62,971 nt of DNA, filler included, from Reticulomyxa filosa (GCA_000512085.1; 24 parts of 24 records of this genome joined end to end with filler, not necessarily neighbours in it), one strand, 5' to 3'; shown: positions 12,028-24,598, counted from the first letter of the whole stretch. Notes: generated from the letters alone by a model not told the origin. Made by a program: numbers and translations.

Positions 12028-13298
12028 TCGCGAAAATACTTTTTGAATTACAATATTTGCTGTAAAAGTATCCAATAATTCGACTTTGATGTATCATCAC
12101 TTTCCTCTACCTTACTCAACCAATAAATAAATAGACATTGCACACTTCCTTTGTTGTTAGTTGTCGTACGACAATGCACCTACACCGTCAAAGGGTACAT
12201 CAGTATCCTCCCTATGTTTTCATCGCATTAATATACAGACTAATGCTGCTCATGTGTGCAACATTTTGGACTTGAAATGTTTCAGCATGTTGCATTTCAT
12301 AGTAACATCTTGCACGACATGCACACTGCTAAAGTTAGAGCCATTTTAAAAACTAGAGAATTTGTAGTCATAATATGTCCCAACCGATGAGCGGCCAATT
12401 TGTACTGCCATTGGTAGTCCGACAATGCATTGAATATCACATTTTTTACCAATTGTTCGGAGTTTCCAATGCATTATTATCCGACAGCAATATCACTGCT
12501 GAATAACATGCATTTTACAAACAATTACCCTTTGCTTTTTGGTAAAATTTTTACTAGAAAAAGTTGACAAACAGTTGGCATTTATTAAAAAAGGCGATAA
12601 CATCTTCAAAGCGACGTGAACAAAGAGTTTAACAGTTCCTTTTGTAAAAGGGGTTCTCTCACGTTTAAACCCGTGCAAAAGTCTAAACCAAACTTCTTGT
12701 CGTATTTTTCCGTGAATAATGTTTTTGCGTAAATTTATATCGTCATCTAATTGGAAATGTATGATTGTTGTCTTTTTTTACTATTTCTATTTTGAGCTTT
12801 TTTTGCACAAGTAGCACAGCAACGATTAAAATAACCAAAACAAAAACAGGCAAGCATCACAGTACAGACAAAGCATAAAGCGTTTAAATTCGACCCATTT
12901 GCCGTATTTGAAGTTAAGCCAGCCACAAAATGTTTGGATTATCTGATGTGTGATGACGAATGATGATGTGTCAAAAAAAAAACAAAATTGTTAAATGTAT
13001 GACGTTGCAACACATAAAACAAAAAACAAAAAAAAAAAAAAAAAAACAACAGTGTTTTCACAAATACGAGAAAGCAATGGCAAAAGAATGGAGAGGAGCA
13101 AAATGAAAAGGGGATGCAAAACGAGTGGCTCTATTATGGTGTACTGAGTCTGTTAGGAGTAATGGCAAGCAGCGTGCAAGTGTCAAAGAAGCAAAAGCNN
13201 NNNNNNNNNNNNNNNNNNNNNNNNNNNNNNNNNNNNNNNNNNTTAATTAATTAANNNNNNNNNNNNNNNNNNNNNNNNNNNNNNNNNNNNNNNNNNNN

Positions 13299-13623
13299 TT
13301 CTTCTTCTTCTTCTTCTTCTTTCCTCCTCCTCCTCCTCTTGTTCTTCGTCTTCATTGCCACCATCGTCGCTATTGTTAGCTTTGCCTTTTGTTCCTTTTC
13401 TGTCTTTTCCTTTCCCCTTTTTTTCGTCGGACTTGTTTTCCACTTTGATTTTGACATCTTTTTCCTTTTCTCTCGGGGGACGTCCTCTTTTTTTTTTTCC
13501 TTTCCAGGAGAAGTGCTGAGAGTGGTCGTTTGACGTTTCAAGTCATGGTCGTGGGACTGTTTGGATTGTTGTGTCATTTGCGATGTGTTTACAATATTGT
13601 TATTACCATTACTGCTGTTATTA

Positions 13624-13657
<34 letters not shown>

Positions 13658-14536
13658 TACTATTGATCGTGTTACCACCACTGACAGTCGGATTCGAAGT
13701 AGCAATATTCGCATTTGCATTAACACTGGCATTGATCGCAGTGTTGGCATTGCCAAGAAAAAGATTGGGATTTGCGCCCATGGCAGTGCTCATGTAAGCG
13801 AGAAAGGGTGCATTGGCGTGTTGCAAGTGCGGCTGCAACTGCTGTTGCGACTGGTTTTGCGATAGCAGTTGTTGCTGAATGCCCGAAATGGCCAGTCGGA
13901 GTTGCGGGGAAGTATTCACCAGGGCCTCCAAAAGTTGAGCTGCCATCAAAGGGTTCGACGTCACCGACTCAAGACGCTTCATCGACATGAGCCAGTTGCC
14001 CACTTCGGGGCACTTTTGGCACAGCGTGTTCAACACGAGAATCGGGTCTTGTGCGGGCGATGGGATCGGGTTGCACGAGATTGTCGTCGCAGATGTCGCG
14101 CTCAAAGACGAGGTAGAGCCAGATGTGGACGTAGGCGCGGATGCGGATGTACCCACTCCTACAATTGTACCTGTAGGAGTTGATGTAGAAGTGGAGGAGG
14201 AAGAGGAGGAGGAAGAGGAGGAGGAAGAAGAAGAAGAAGAAGAAGAAGAAGAGGAGGATGCCGCTATCGTCCCTGCTGTTGTTGCCCCTCCTGCTGTTGT
14301 TGTTGTTGCCCCTCCCATTGTTGTTGTTGTTGTTGTTGTTGTTGCTGTCGTTGGGGTTGTCATGGAGCCACTTGAGAGCATTGCTGACGAGGAAGAAGGA
14401 GTATGAGAGTGGGGATGGGCATGCACATGACCATGGGCATGCGCGTGAGAGTGATTGTTGTGGGCATTATGTGTGTTATGAGAATTGTGAGCATTGTGAG
14501 TATTGTGAGTATTGTGAGTATTGTGAGTATTGTGAG
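13299..14536 (-). CDS. His/Ser/Thr/Asn-rich low-complexity protein, partial at both ends
   Basis: Frame is open across the whole contig. 9-bp tandem repeat at 14483-14536 encodes (HNT)n; poly-S, poly-T, poly-N, basic/acidic tail. Confidence 0.65.
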
Positions 14537-14636
14537 NNNNNNNNNNNNNNNNNNNNNNNNNNNNNNNNNNNNNNNNNNNNTTAATTAATTAANNNNNNNN
14601 NNNNNNNNNNNNNNNNNNNNNNNNNNNNNNNNNNNN

Positions 14637-15739
14637 GATATCAATTGTTTTTCAAAGCGATTTAAAAATGCAATTGGCATCTCAGGTGCGTATACTATAT
14701 TTTTATTCACAATCACGATGCATTTGAACTCGTCCTTTACAAAGCAATCTTTGCTCTCGCTTCCTAGAGCCACTCGACAATATACATTTCCTATTTATTT
14801 ATTTATTTGTCTTATGTTTTTCTACAGTACATGCATAAATAGATTGTTGTTTTTTTTAATTTTTACCAGAGGGTTTTTTTTGATATCTTTGATTAAGCAT
14901 ATCATATAGACTTTCATAAATTGAATCCAAATTATACAAAATGACTCTTTTCCCAGTGTCCATACAATTAATAACTTTGTTCAAATGCTCATAATCCGAA
15001 ATGCTTGAAGTTTGATCATGTGCAAACTCACTTTTAAATAAAAATACGTCGTCATACTTTAAGATTCCATTTTCTAACAAAACTTGCCAAGAATGTTCTA
15101 ATTCACTGATTACCATACAATGACGACTGACAATATAATTGTCCCCAAGCAATTTTGAATTATTCGTTCGAGTATCCAAAAGATTTCGTTGAACACAGTA
15201 CATTGGCGTAAATTTACTCATTTTTTTATAGACTTCTTCTTTGCTAAATGCCAATACATTGTAAAAAATATCTCCTAAATTTCGGAGCAAGTCTTCTCTT
15301 GGAATGCCTCCAAAGTTTCTCATAAATCCTTCAAGTGACAGATTATAAGAAGGACTTTGGAGTTGGTATCTGACTAAAGAATAGAAATCACGAGCTCCAA
15401 AAAAGTTTTTCTTCTTCATCGGTTCAAATGCATTTGGTGTTCTAATCACTTGATCGTACACTTTGGCAATATTTTCAATTTCACTTTTTAGCCACTCGTT
15501 TTTCAATTCTTCTCCACATAGTTTTAAATTTTCTTGGTAATGTTCCATCATTTTCAAAGCAGTTTTTGTTAACTCTTCTGTCGTCATTGGTGGGATTTGA
15601 TGCATAATCACTCGATTCATTTTGGCAGCATCCAAAGGCCAATTGGAAATTCCGACAAAAGATATCTTTGGGTCTTCCAAAAGTTGATGCAATATTTTTA
15701 AAGGAGAATGCTTTGAATGTTCGGCCAATCCAATTTCAT
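14637..15739 (-). CDS. RNF213/mysterin-like AAA+ ATPase, internal fragment (exons 15739-14867, 14790-14637)
   Basis: EIGLAEHS..SPLKILHQLLE, FVGISNWPLDAAKMNR, GARDFYSLV, LYDMLNQRY and PIAFLNRFEKQ match conserved RNF213 AAA motifs. The GT-AG intron restores frame. Confidence 0.88.
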
Positions 15740-16063
15740 NNNNNNNNNNNNNNNNNNNNNNNNNNNNNNNNNNNNNNNNNNNNTTAATTAATTAANNNNN
15801 NNNNNNNNNNNNNNNNNNNNNNNNNNNNNNNNNNNNNNNATAATAATAATAATAATAATTAATAATAATAATAATAATAATAAATGATGGTGATGAACTG
15901 AAACAAAAGGATGTACGCGGGACAATGACACACAATCATTGGTTGAACACCGACTACAACCAGTTTGGATTGCTGTGCTAAAAAAAAAAAAAAAAAAAAA
16001 AGAGTGTTTATGTTTGTCTAAGTCACTTTGCTTTGATACAACAAATGAACAAACAAACAAACA

Positions 16064-16325
16064 AAAGTGAGGCATTGGACGAGACTGATGAGTTTGTTGA
16101 CATGAGATATAACAATGACGACGAAGGAGAACACAACAACAGAATGGGAGATACACCAGAAAGAGATTATCGGTACGACGTTATGGCACACAATTCGAAT
16201 GAATTCGAAAGCAGATTTGATGCACACCCGTCCTATTCCACAAGATTTAGTCATGGGAAAAGACGTGCAGTTCTAACAAACATACACATACACACACACA
16301 CACATAGCAATAATAATAAATATGC

Positions 16326-16361
<36 letters not shown>

Positions 16362-18051
16362 GTCGTTGTTACAATTGATTTGATTTAATTTAAACAAAAA
16401 CAAATGAATGAACAACAAAAAGCATGAGGTTGTTATTCGTCCATCTGCCAAGAATGTAAGGCGTGCAAGGTTTGAATGCGTCCATTTTTCTCAGAAATCC
16501 ATGTTGGACGATGGAATGGATACCATTCATACAAGTTATCCTACTCTTTTCTCTGCTATTTAAAAAAAAAAAAAAATAAAAATAAATGGTGAGTTATAAA
16601 CCCAATGTAATGCAATCAGACCGAGTGCACGAGCCAAGATTGGATGCTCTTCGCCGCGAGCGTTACAAGTCGCTTTCGGAGCAATTGGATGAACATGCCC
16701 GCAAGCAACGTGAATTTTCGCAGGAGTACATCGAGTTGAAGAAAAAGTGTCAACAGGATCATGTCGAAGCATGTCGATTGCAGTTTTTTTAAATTTCTTA
16801 TTTTGTATTTACAACCGATATATCTTTCCTTTCTTAGCATTGTGTCACAGCATACAACAAACAAAGCTTTATATACATATATATGTATATATGTATATAA
16901 ATATATATATACATATATATATATATATGTATATGTATATGTATATGTAACGTGCAAACAAAACTGAAATAGTTTGCAAGGCAAAAAGAAGGCCGAACAA
17001 CCAAAAGCAAACTCGGAAATGCCAATGGAAAGCAACAACAAGAAAAGTGAAGAAAAGCAGCCATGCTCAGGGGAATACAACATGCCAAAGACATGTTTGA
17101 CAAGTGCGCCAAAGATTCATCGGCCTTCGGGACCTGACTCAAATGCGACGAGTGTTGGAGTGGCGTCAGGAACACAAACCAACGATCCGAGACAAAGCAA
17201 TGGCACAAAGAAGATGAATCCTGAAGCCCTGCCGTTTCCTGCACCACCGTCCACATCTACACCGACAGCAGCGACGACGACGACAACAGCAGCGACGACA
17301 ACAACAACAGCGACGACAACAACAACAGCGACACCGATGAACACATTTAATATCGCGTCGACAAATATGAAACCCATGACAAGTCATACCTTCCCCAACA
17401 ACCCAAGTTCTGGCTCCGCCTTTTTCTCTGGCTCCGCTTCCAACTTGGTCAGCACGTCCCCCTCCGCACCCCTTGTCGGCGTTGCCTCTGCCAATTATCC
17501 GACACAGACGTCCCATCCTAATCTGCCGAGCATTTCCCCAAAGGTGCTGTCAATGTCGCAGTCTCCTGGGTTTAATATGTCGTCGATGCAACCCATGACG
17601 GGACATTCCACAACGCCAGTAGCTCAGCAAGCTACCGTTCGAGAGAACCTGAATCATGCGAGTTTTGTATATATGTGTTTATATTATATGTGCGCTCTTT
17701 CTTGCTTTGAATTGTTGTTGAAATGACACAGTGCCGAGCATTAACTTGTCTCAACTCTCCAGTGTCCCAATGCAGCAATTGCAATTCATTGGAATAAGAC
17801 AGCCCAACAGCAACATGGGATTGAATGCAAATCAAGTGACAGGCCCTTCTCCTACTACCACTATCATATCCAACAGTGTCGGCAATGCCATGTCTGGCTA
17901 TCCGAACAACAATCCGAGAATGTCTCTCAATCCTACGCCAGTCACACCCGCGTCCACCTCCATGCTCATGACGGCAGTTCAGCCCCACGTCCCTGTTTCC
18001 GCTTTTCATTCCACTTCTCCTTTCATCGATGCTAACAATTTTCATGTATGA
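16064..18051 (+). CDS. Multi-exon low-complexity (Ser/Thr/Pro) hypothetical protein, partial
   Basis: Coding-like ORF blocks 16033-, 16586-, 16974-, 17731- separated by AT/microsatellite-rich introns. Confidence 0.5.
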
Positions 18052-18175
18052 ATGTGTGTGTATGTATGTATGTATNNNNNNNNNNNNNNNNNNNNNNNNN
18101 NNNNNNNNNNNNNNNNNNNTTAATTAATTAANNNNNNNNNNNNNNNNNNNNNNNNNNNNNNNNNNNNNNNNNNNN

Positions 18176-18240
18176 ACGGCGGGCGCAAACAGCGTGCGCA
18201 GGCCACGGTCGAATTCGGTGATCAGTCTGTCTAGCATCAT
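18176..18240 (-). CDS. coq7: Bacterial Coq7-type demethoxyubiquinone hydroxylase, N-terminal fragment
   Basis: Minus strand reads MMLDRLITEFDRGLRTLFAPA, typical of proteobacterial Coq7 N-termini; only 21 codons present. Confidence 0.6.
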
Positions 18241-18291
18241 GCAAGCTTATGGCGGTCATCAATAGTGGCGATTATACCTTGCCGGCGCTGC

Positions 18292-18337
18292 TGGTATAAT
18301 CCCGTGGTTTTTCCCATTGACCGTACCGACACAAGGA
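18292..18337 (+). promoter_or_regulatory. Extended -10 promoter (TGgTATAAT) and RBS (AAGGA) of ppa
   Basis: TG at 18292-93, TATAAT at 18295-18300, AAGGA at 18333-37, ATG at 18346. Confidence 0.6.
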
Positions 18338-18345
18338 TACCGAGC

Positions 18346-18874
18346 ATGAATATCGACCTGATCAGCCCGGGCAAGGACATGCCCAACGACATCAACGTCG
18401 TGATCGAAATCTCCGCCAACAGCGCCCGATCAAATACGAGTCGACAAAGAAACCGGCGCCCTGTGCGTAGACCGCTTCATGGGTACCTCCATGTTCTACC
18501 CGGCCAACTACGGTTTCGTGCCGCAAACCATCGCTGGCGACGGCGACCCGGTTGACGTGCTGGTAGTCACCCCGTTCCCGCTGCCGCCGGGCGTGCTGAT
18601 CCGCGTACGCGCACTGGGCCTGATCAAGATGGAAGACGACGGCGGCGTGGATGCCAAGCTGATCGCCGTACCGGTGGAAAAACTGTGCCCGATGTACAAG
18701 GACATCCAGAAACTGGAAGACCTGCCGCAACTGCTGCGCGACCAGATGGTGCACTTCTTCGAGCACTACAAGGATCTGGAAAAAGGCAAATGGGTCAAGA
18801 TCCAGGGCTGGGGCACGCTGGAAGACGCCACCCGCGAACTGAACGAAGGCATCGAGCGCGCCAAGCAAGGCTAA
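18346..18874 (+). CDS. ppa: Bacterial family I inorganic pyrophosphatase (two 1-bp deletions near 18425-18442)
   Basis: VVIEI, YPANYGFVP, DGDPVDV, FFEHYKDLE motifs in a high-GC contig. Restoring one C and one G gives SAPIKYEVDKETG. Confidence 0.95.
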
Positions 18875-18889
18875 GCCTGCTGCCGACGC

Positions 18890-18919
18890 AAAAAAAGCCG
18901 GGGTAACCCGGCTTTTTTG
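18890..18919. terminator. Bidirectional Rho-independent terminator
   Basis: AAAAAAGCCGGG-GTAA-CCCGGCTTTTTT between convergent ppa and the flavodoxin gene. Confidence 0.92.
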
Positions 18920-18943
18920 TTGCCTGCGCCACGGTTGGCCGCA

Positions 18944-19290
18944 TCAGGCGCCGCGTTTGAACTGCGCCGCTTTCTGCGCCAGACGGGCACCGAACAGGCG
19001 GGAAGTTTCCAGGTCGGCCGCATCCGGCGTCACCTCGGCCGGTGCATTGTCGGTACGGGTCATCAGGCCCAGCGAGCTGCCGTAACGGTTGATATCGCTG
19101 CCGATGGTACCGCCCGGCATCAGGCCGGTGCCCACCCAGATCATGCCGTGCTGGGCAGCAAACACCGACAGCTGTTGCAGCGTGTTCAGTTTGTCGCCGC
19201 TGGGGCTGTTGGACACGGTAAAGCCGCCGGCGATCTTGTCTTTCCAACCCTGGCTGTACCACACCTTGGCGCTGGCATCCATGAAGGCTT
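18944..19290 (-). CDS. Flavodoxin/WrbA-family FMN-dependent protein, 5' partial
   Basis: WKDKIAGGFT.S.S.SGDKLNTL, AAQHGMIWVG, NRYGSSLG, DLETSRLFGARLA. Confidence 0.85.
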
Positions 19291-19390
19291 NNNNNNNNNN
19301 NNNNNNNNNNNNNNNNNNNNNNNNNNNNNNNNNNTTAATTAATTAANNNNNNNNNNNNNNNNNNNNNNNNNNNNNNNNNNNNNNNNNNNN

Positions 19391-20891
19391 CTAACAAAAA
19401 TTTTAGTAGCAAATTGTGATTATTTTTTCTGGTTACTGGATATACGTTTACACTTTTATAAGTAGTTTGTAAAAACAATAAATAAAAATTTAGAAAAGTT
19501 TTGGAAGAAAAAATTTACAAACATGATTGTAATTGATGCACAATCTCCACATCACCTTGAGGTAGGTAGCAGAATGTATTTGCTTTTCACAAAATTATTT
19601 ACAAGAAGTGGTTTCCACAGTATATATAACAACTACTGTTACAAACAAACAAAAGACATCAACAAAAATTCTTAATATTTCGTATACCCGACCTTGCTTT
19701 GGTCAAATCTTTTATCATATCAGACATTGATTAAGCTAACGTTCTACAAATATATTTGTCAATATATCCCCATTCTTTCTCAAACACCACCAAAGCTGCT
19801 CCAAAGATATAACATCATGATTTTGGTGGATCTTCATCTTTATAATTCGCCACATATTCTGGATTGAGGTCTGTGCTAAGAGTGCTATTCGATTATTCTC
19901 CAAAAATTCCATAATTGAATTTGACTTGTGACAAGATGCATTGTCTTGCTGAAAGATAAATTACTCCTGATACTTTTCTTCGAGACAATATTTACTAGAG
20001 TTCCACATTTCTTCAGCGATAATCTCTTTATAAAACTCAGAGTTAACAGTTACTGTGATTTTGGCAGTATCACAAACCATCATGCTTCCTCAACTACCTT
20101 TCACAGTAGGCTTAGTATTACGATCGAAATCATTTCATTAGATCTTATCTAAATGTATTCTTTTCTGTCACTTCCGAAACGATTTATTTTCGCTTCATAT
20201 GAAAAAATCACTTTTCTACAATCACTTTTGGTCCATGATTTGTGTTTTTTGGCGAACTCTAAACGTAACTTTTTATGGCGCTTAGTTAACTGATGCTTTT
20301 TGATACGTATGCGATCATTTAAACGCTGGGATTTAAAATGTTCTTCACATTGCACAAGGAGAACGCTCTTTTATATGTTCGTGCGGTAGTCTCTGCAAAT
20401 CTACTGCTGCTTGTGACTATCATCTATATCAGTTCAAGTTTTAGGACTCCATAGCCTCTTTTGCATGTAATCGTTCAAATGTTGATTATGCTGATGTAAA
20501 CTTTTTTTGCTGTGTCATGATTTATCACAAATTGCTAGCTAGAGTCAAGATAAGACATTACAATAAGTATTCTTTAGTCATGACTAGAAGCCAAAGAATA
20601 ACAATAAAACAAAAAACTTGTTATAATGTTGAAAAAGAAAAGTTTATATGTAAAATTGTGACCGCAACTAAAGCAAGTCCAACAGTAAAACTCCCCCTTA
20701 CAATCATGTTTGTAAATTTTTTCTTCCAAAACTTTTCTAAATTTTTATTTATTGTTTTTACAAACTACTTATAAAAGTGTAAACGTATATCCAGTAACCA
20801 GAAAAAATAATCACAATTTGCTACTAAAATTTTTGTTAGAAACACAAAAAGTTCATATTTTAGGGTTGTCTAATTTTTTTTTTTGCAACTG
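19391..20891 (-). mobile_element. Tc1/mariner DNA transposon, decayed transposase, long TIRs (left end cut by contig edge)
   Basis: KRHKKLRLEFAKKHKSWT..KVIFSYEAKINRFGSD, KPTVK..GSMMV and FQQDNASCH on the minus strand. Exact 142-bp inverted repeat 19391-19532/20698-20839. Terminus ACTG|TA at 20888-20893. Confidence 0.88.
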
Positions 20892-21097
20892 TATGTGTGA
20901 AGTTGTTGTATTAACACATTTTTTTGTTTCTTTTTTAAAAAGCGCACTATGTCCTTTTTAGATAATGATTGCTAACTTGGTTGGCAAGTTTAACTCTTAT
21001 TTGCAAATTAAATCTCTAAAAAAAAATTGTTATGAATATGAAGCTACATGACTTATAGCTATAATGTGGGAAGTCTACTATGAAGATCTGCACTAAA

Positions 21098-21292
21098 TGT
21101 AATACGAAAAGGTTTCACTCGGATGAGAGTGAATTTCAGTAAAACAAAGTAAATTAAGTAATAAATCAAAATGACAAAGGAAAGTAAGAAAAGCAAAACA
21201 AAAGAGTAAGTGAAGTTGGTTGAGGAGTTTTAGCCCACTGGGGACTCCCAGGTTCCTTCAACGTTCAGATATTTATAGGGCCTTGCCCTACA
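21098..21292 (-). mobile_element. LTR-like repeat, family B (TGT...ACA)
   Basis: TGTAATACGAAA...CCCTACA, similar to 30680-30900 and to 62760 onward; no TSD found. Confidence 0.55.
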
Positions 21293-21666
21293 ATAATAAA
21301 GATTTTATTAGATTTTGGCTTTTCATGTAGAAAACCAATCACCTTCAAGTACATTTTAGTAATCATTTTTTTAAACCTTTGTATTATGAGCTTACATTGC
21401 TTTATTCTGTTTTTTTAAATATATCAATGCAGTTCTTATCAAATTTTAAGGTATTGTCATGATATTTGTTTGATAGAACTATTGTTAACTAAACTTTCAA
21501 AAATAAAACACAAGGACCAAGAGAACGCAACTTTATAAATTGTAAAGTTTATTGATCAAAAATAGCGAAAAAGAATGTAATCTTTTTTTATCAACTTTTC
21601 GTTGTAACATTGTTTATTTTACACGTTATTTTTTTATCACCGCTGTCGCCAGGGGGAGCCGAAATA

Positions 21667-22365
21667 ATGGGTAAATTGTTTCAATTGTATTTAGTTCGTT
21701 GCGAAGAAATACAAAAAGAAATAATTAAAAAAAAGAGACAAAATGCGCAAAACTGGAGAAGATCAAGACGTTGTCATCAAAAGGATTATGTGTTTTCAAG
21801 TGGTGAGACGAACAACAAGACATCAAGAAAAAAGCGAAGTAAAAACAGTCGGATAAAGACAATAAGACTAACGACGAATGAATATTTATTGAAGTACTCC
21901 TCTTCAACATGGAAATCGATGAAGATGAGCAGTGCCAATAGTTCCCTGGTCCACGCCCGTCCAAAGAGCAGGACCAAAGCAATGAAAAGGAAGAAGCGAG
22001 CTGTAGGATCGGCCAAGATCCGCGAAGTCGCAACAGAGGCAACTGCACATGTTGTGGAGATGGTTGACAGCAGTGAAGCAAGCGAAGCAGAGATAAAAGA
22101 AGAAAGAGGAAAAGAAAAGTACAAAAAACAAGAAGAAGAAGAAGAAAAAGAAAAAGAAGAAAAGGGAGACAAAGTAGGAGAGAAAGAAGAAGAAGAAGAA
22201 GAATGGAGTATTGGAGCCGAGTCAATAGAAGAAGAAGGTGATGACAATAATGACAACAAAGAAGAGTATAGGAACATCAAACATCTGCGCAAAAACGCAA
22301 ATAAAGATATCAAATCACCATTGGCAATGATTACACTTATTGAAGATGATGATGACGATAATAAC

Positions 22366-22396
<31 letters not shown>

Positions 22397-23405
22397 CACA
22401 AGTGCAAGCGCGAGACGGAAGAGAAGATTTGAGAAAAATGTCGGAACGGGCGATGATGATGCACGAAGAAGGGATTGGCAGTGGAGGCAAACATATCCGA
22501 ACGCGTCGAAGTGTGGTGTATGTATGTCGACGGTGTGGGACGCATTTGAGCTGTTCCGAGTATGCCGTCAACCGCGAGTTCACCTCGAGGAGCGGCAAGG
22601 CCTATCTCATGGCCACATGTTTCAATGTGGAGTTTGGCAACGAGGAACATCGTCATCTGACCACGGGCCCACATCGAGTATGCGACGTGTTCTGCAAAGG
22701 CTGTGGGCATTACGTCGGCTGGAACTATTGCGACGCCGATCAAAAAGAACAAAAATACAAAATTGGTCATTTTTGCTTGGAAAAGTCGTCCCTCGAAGAA
22801 GAACGTTTTTTTCAAGTATGATGTTTGTTTTGGTATTTGTGTATGTTTTTTTTAAAAACTTTTACATGTACATATACATATGTATGTATATGTTTATATA
22901 TGTATGCATATATGAAATGGTATTTTTTTGTTTTTTTTGGAATTGGAAAGGAATTTCATGGCCTGAAAAGTAGCATTTGTCCCAATGTTCAAGAAATTAT
23001 TTGGAAAGCTGATACATACAATCCCATGGATAACAATGATTGGCCTCACGCACAACCTTGGAAAGAGGAAGAGAAACTGGAGGAGGAGGAAGAAGAGGGG
23101 GAGGGTGGAGACATTCTAGTGAGAGTGAAGATGATGACAGGGAAGTGCGACGGAATCATCGTGAGGATGACAATGACAATGACGAAGACGAGGATGATGA
23201 TGATATCGAACATATTCATGACATTGAAGATATTGGAGATATCACCAATATTGAGGAAGAAGAAATTGATAATGACGATGATATGGACGATGATGATGAT
23301 GATATCGACGACGATGAGGACATGGAGGAGGACAATGATGATGATCGAGCCCATCATATCCAAAGCCATGACAATGATAGTGATGATTCGTCACTCGCAC
23401 TTTGA
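21667..23405 (+). CDS. Yippee/Mis18 zinc-binding domain protein with long charged extensions
   Basis: VYVCRRCGTHL..FTSRSGKAYL..LTTGPHRVCDVFCKGCGHYVGWNY. Donor CAA|GTATGA at about 22817, acceptor at 22950, frameshift in a G-rich stretch near 23100 into an acidic tail. Start codon uncertain. Confidence 0.82.
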
Positions 23406-23943
23406 ATGTTGAAGAAATACATTTTGAATCTCAAATTTTACTTTATGTTTCAACGTCTCAAGAGATGCTTACACTTTTTTTTTTAATGTATTGAATGGAA
23501 ACCAATTTTTTTTTCTTACGAATCGCTAAATTCAATCCCAAAAAAAATGACTAGACAAACGAGGGGAGGAATTCGATTGGCCTATTGAAATTTACTTATT
23601 AAGATGTGACAACATTTTCTTCATCACTAAACTTTGCGTTTTAAACTAATATTCATTAAATTTGTTTTCACAAAAAAATTAGCGTGAAACATTTATTGCT
23701 GTCAGCTTGGTTTTGTATAAGCTTTCAGTTTCTTTTCAGATGTGCAAAGCAGAATTGGCATACCTACACGCAACTTGTGCGTGCATTAGGTAGGTCTATT
23801 AAACCTTTTGGAAAACTACAACTGGGTAGAACTTAAAATAAAAAAAAAAATCAAGACAGTAACTTGTGCAGTAGGTGTATGGTTAATATTGTTGTATCCC
23901 CTCCTCCATAAAATTGCCACTAAAACGTTAGAAAAACGCAAGT

Positions 23944-24498
23944 ATGGCTATTGATGAAAGGTTAATAGTGACCGTATTTACGTTCGCTTGGCTTTGGGGT
24001 GTGGTAGTGCCAACGACAGTAGTAGTAGGATATAAATTTTACGTAGTCCGTGAGCATCCAGCGATTCGAGCAAGGCCAGTGACGACAATATTGGCGACAT
24101 TTGGACTGGGACTACTCTATATGGGAGTATTTTTGCCACTGCGAGCGCTGTCGCTATTATACGGAAGTGAAGTGTTGTCGCTGATATTGTACGCAATCTA
24201 TCCGTTTTTATTGCACGGTATATTTATGTTGTGGATAAATATTGCATGGATCATATATTACAATTTCCAGGCAGCAAGGATCCAATCTACAAAGCAATGG
24301 GCTTACATATTAAACTCGAAGTACACACAAAGTTTGTTGGCGAGGAATGAGTGGTATTTGAAGAAAGAGAACCGTCAGCGCTTCGGGAACGAGGAGTGGA
24401 TGTTGAAGAATGTATGCATACCAATATTTATACCTCAGCTTGTTCTGCTACTGTTCGGAAGTTTTCATTATGACCCAAAAAGCAGTTATTTTTTTTTT
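23944..24498 (+). CDS. Multi-pass membrane protein (7TM-like N-terminal half), 3' partial
   Basis: Four hydrophobic helices, with REHPAIRARP after TM1. Confidence 0.6.
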
Positions 24499-24598
24499 NN
24501 NNNNNNNNNNNNNNNNNNNNNNNNNNNNNNNNNNNNNNNNNNTTAATTAATTAANNNNNNNNNNNNNNNNNNNNNNNNNNNNNNNNNNNNNNNNNNNN

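Noticed and set aside
18176-19290. Bacterial genes as HGT next to a Tc1 element
   Set aside because: Adjacency is created by the spacers; the contig is separate and has purely bacterial signals.
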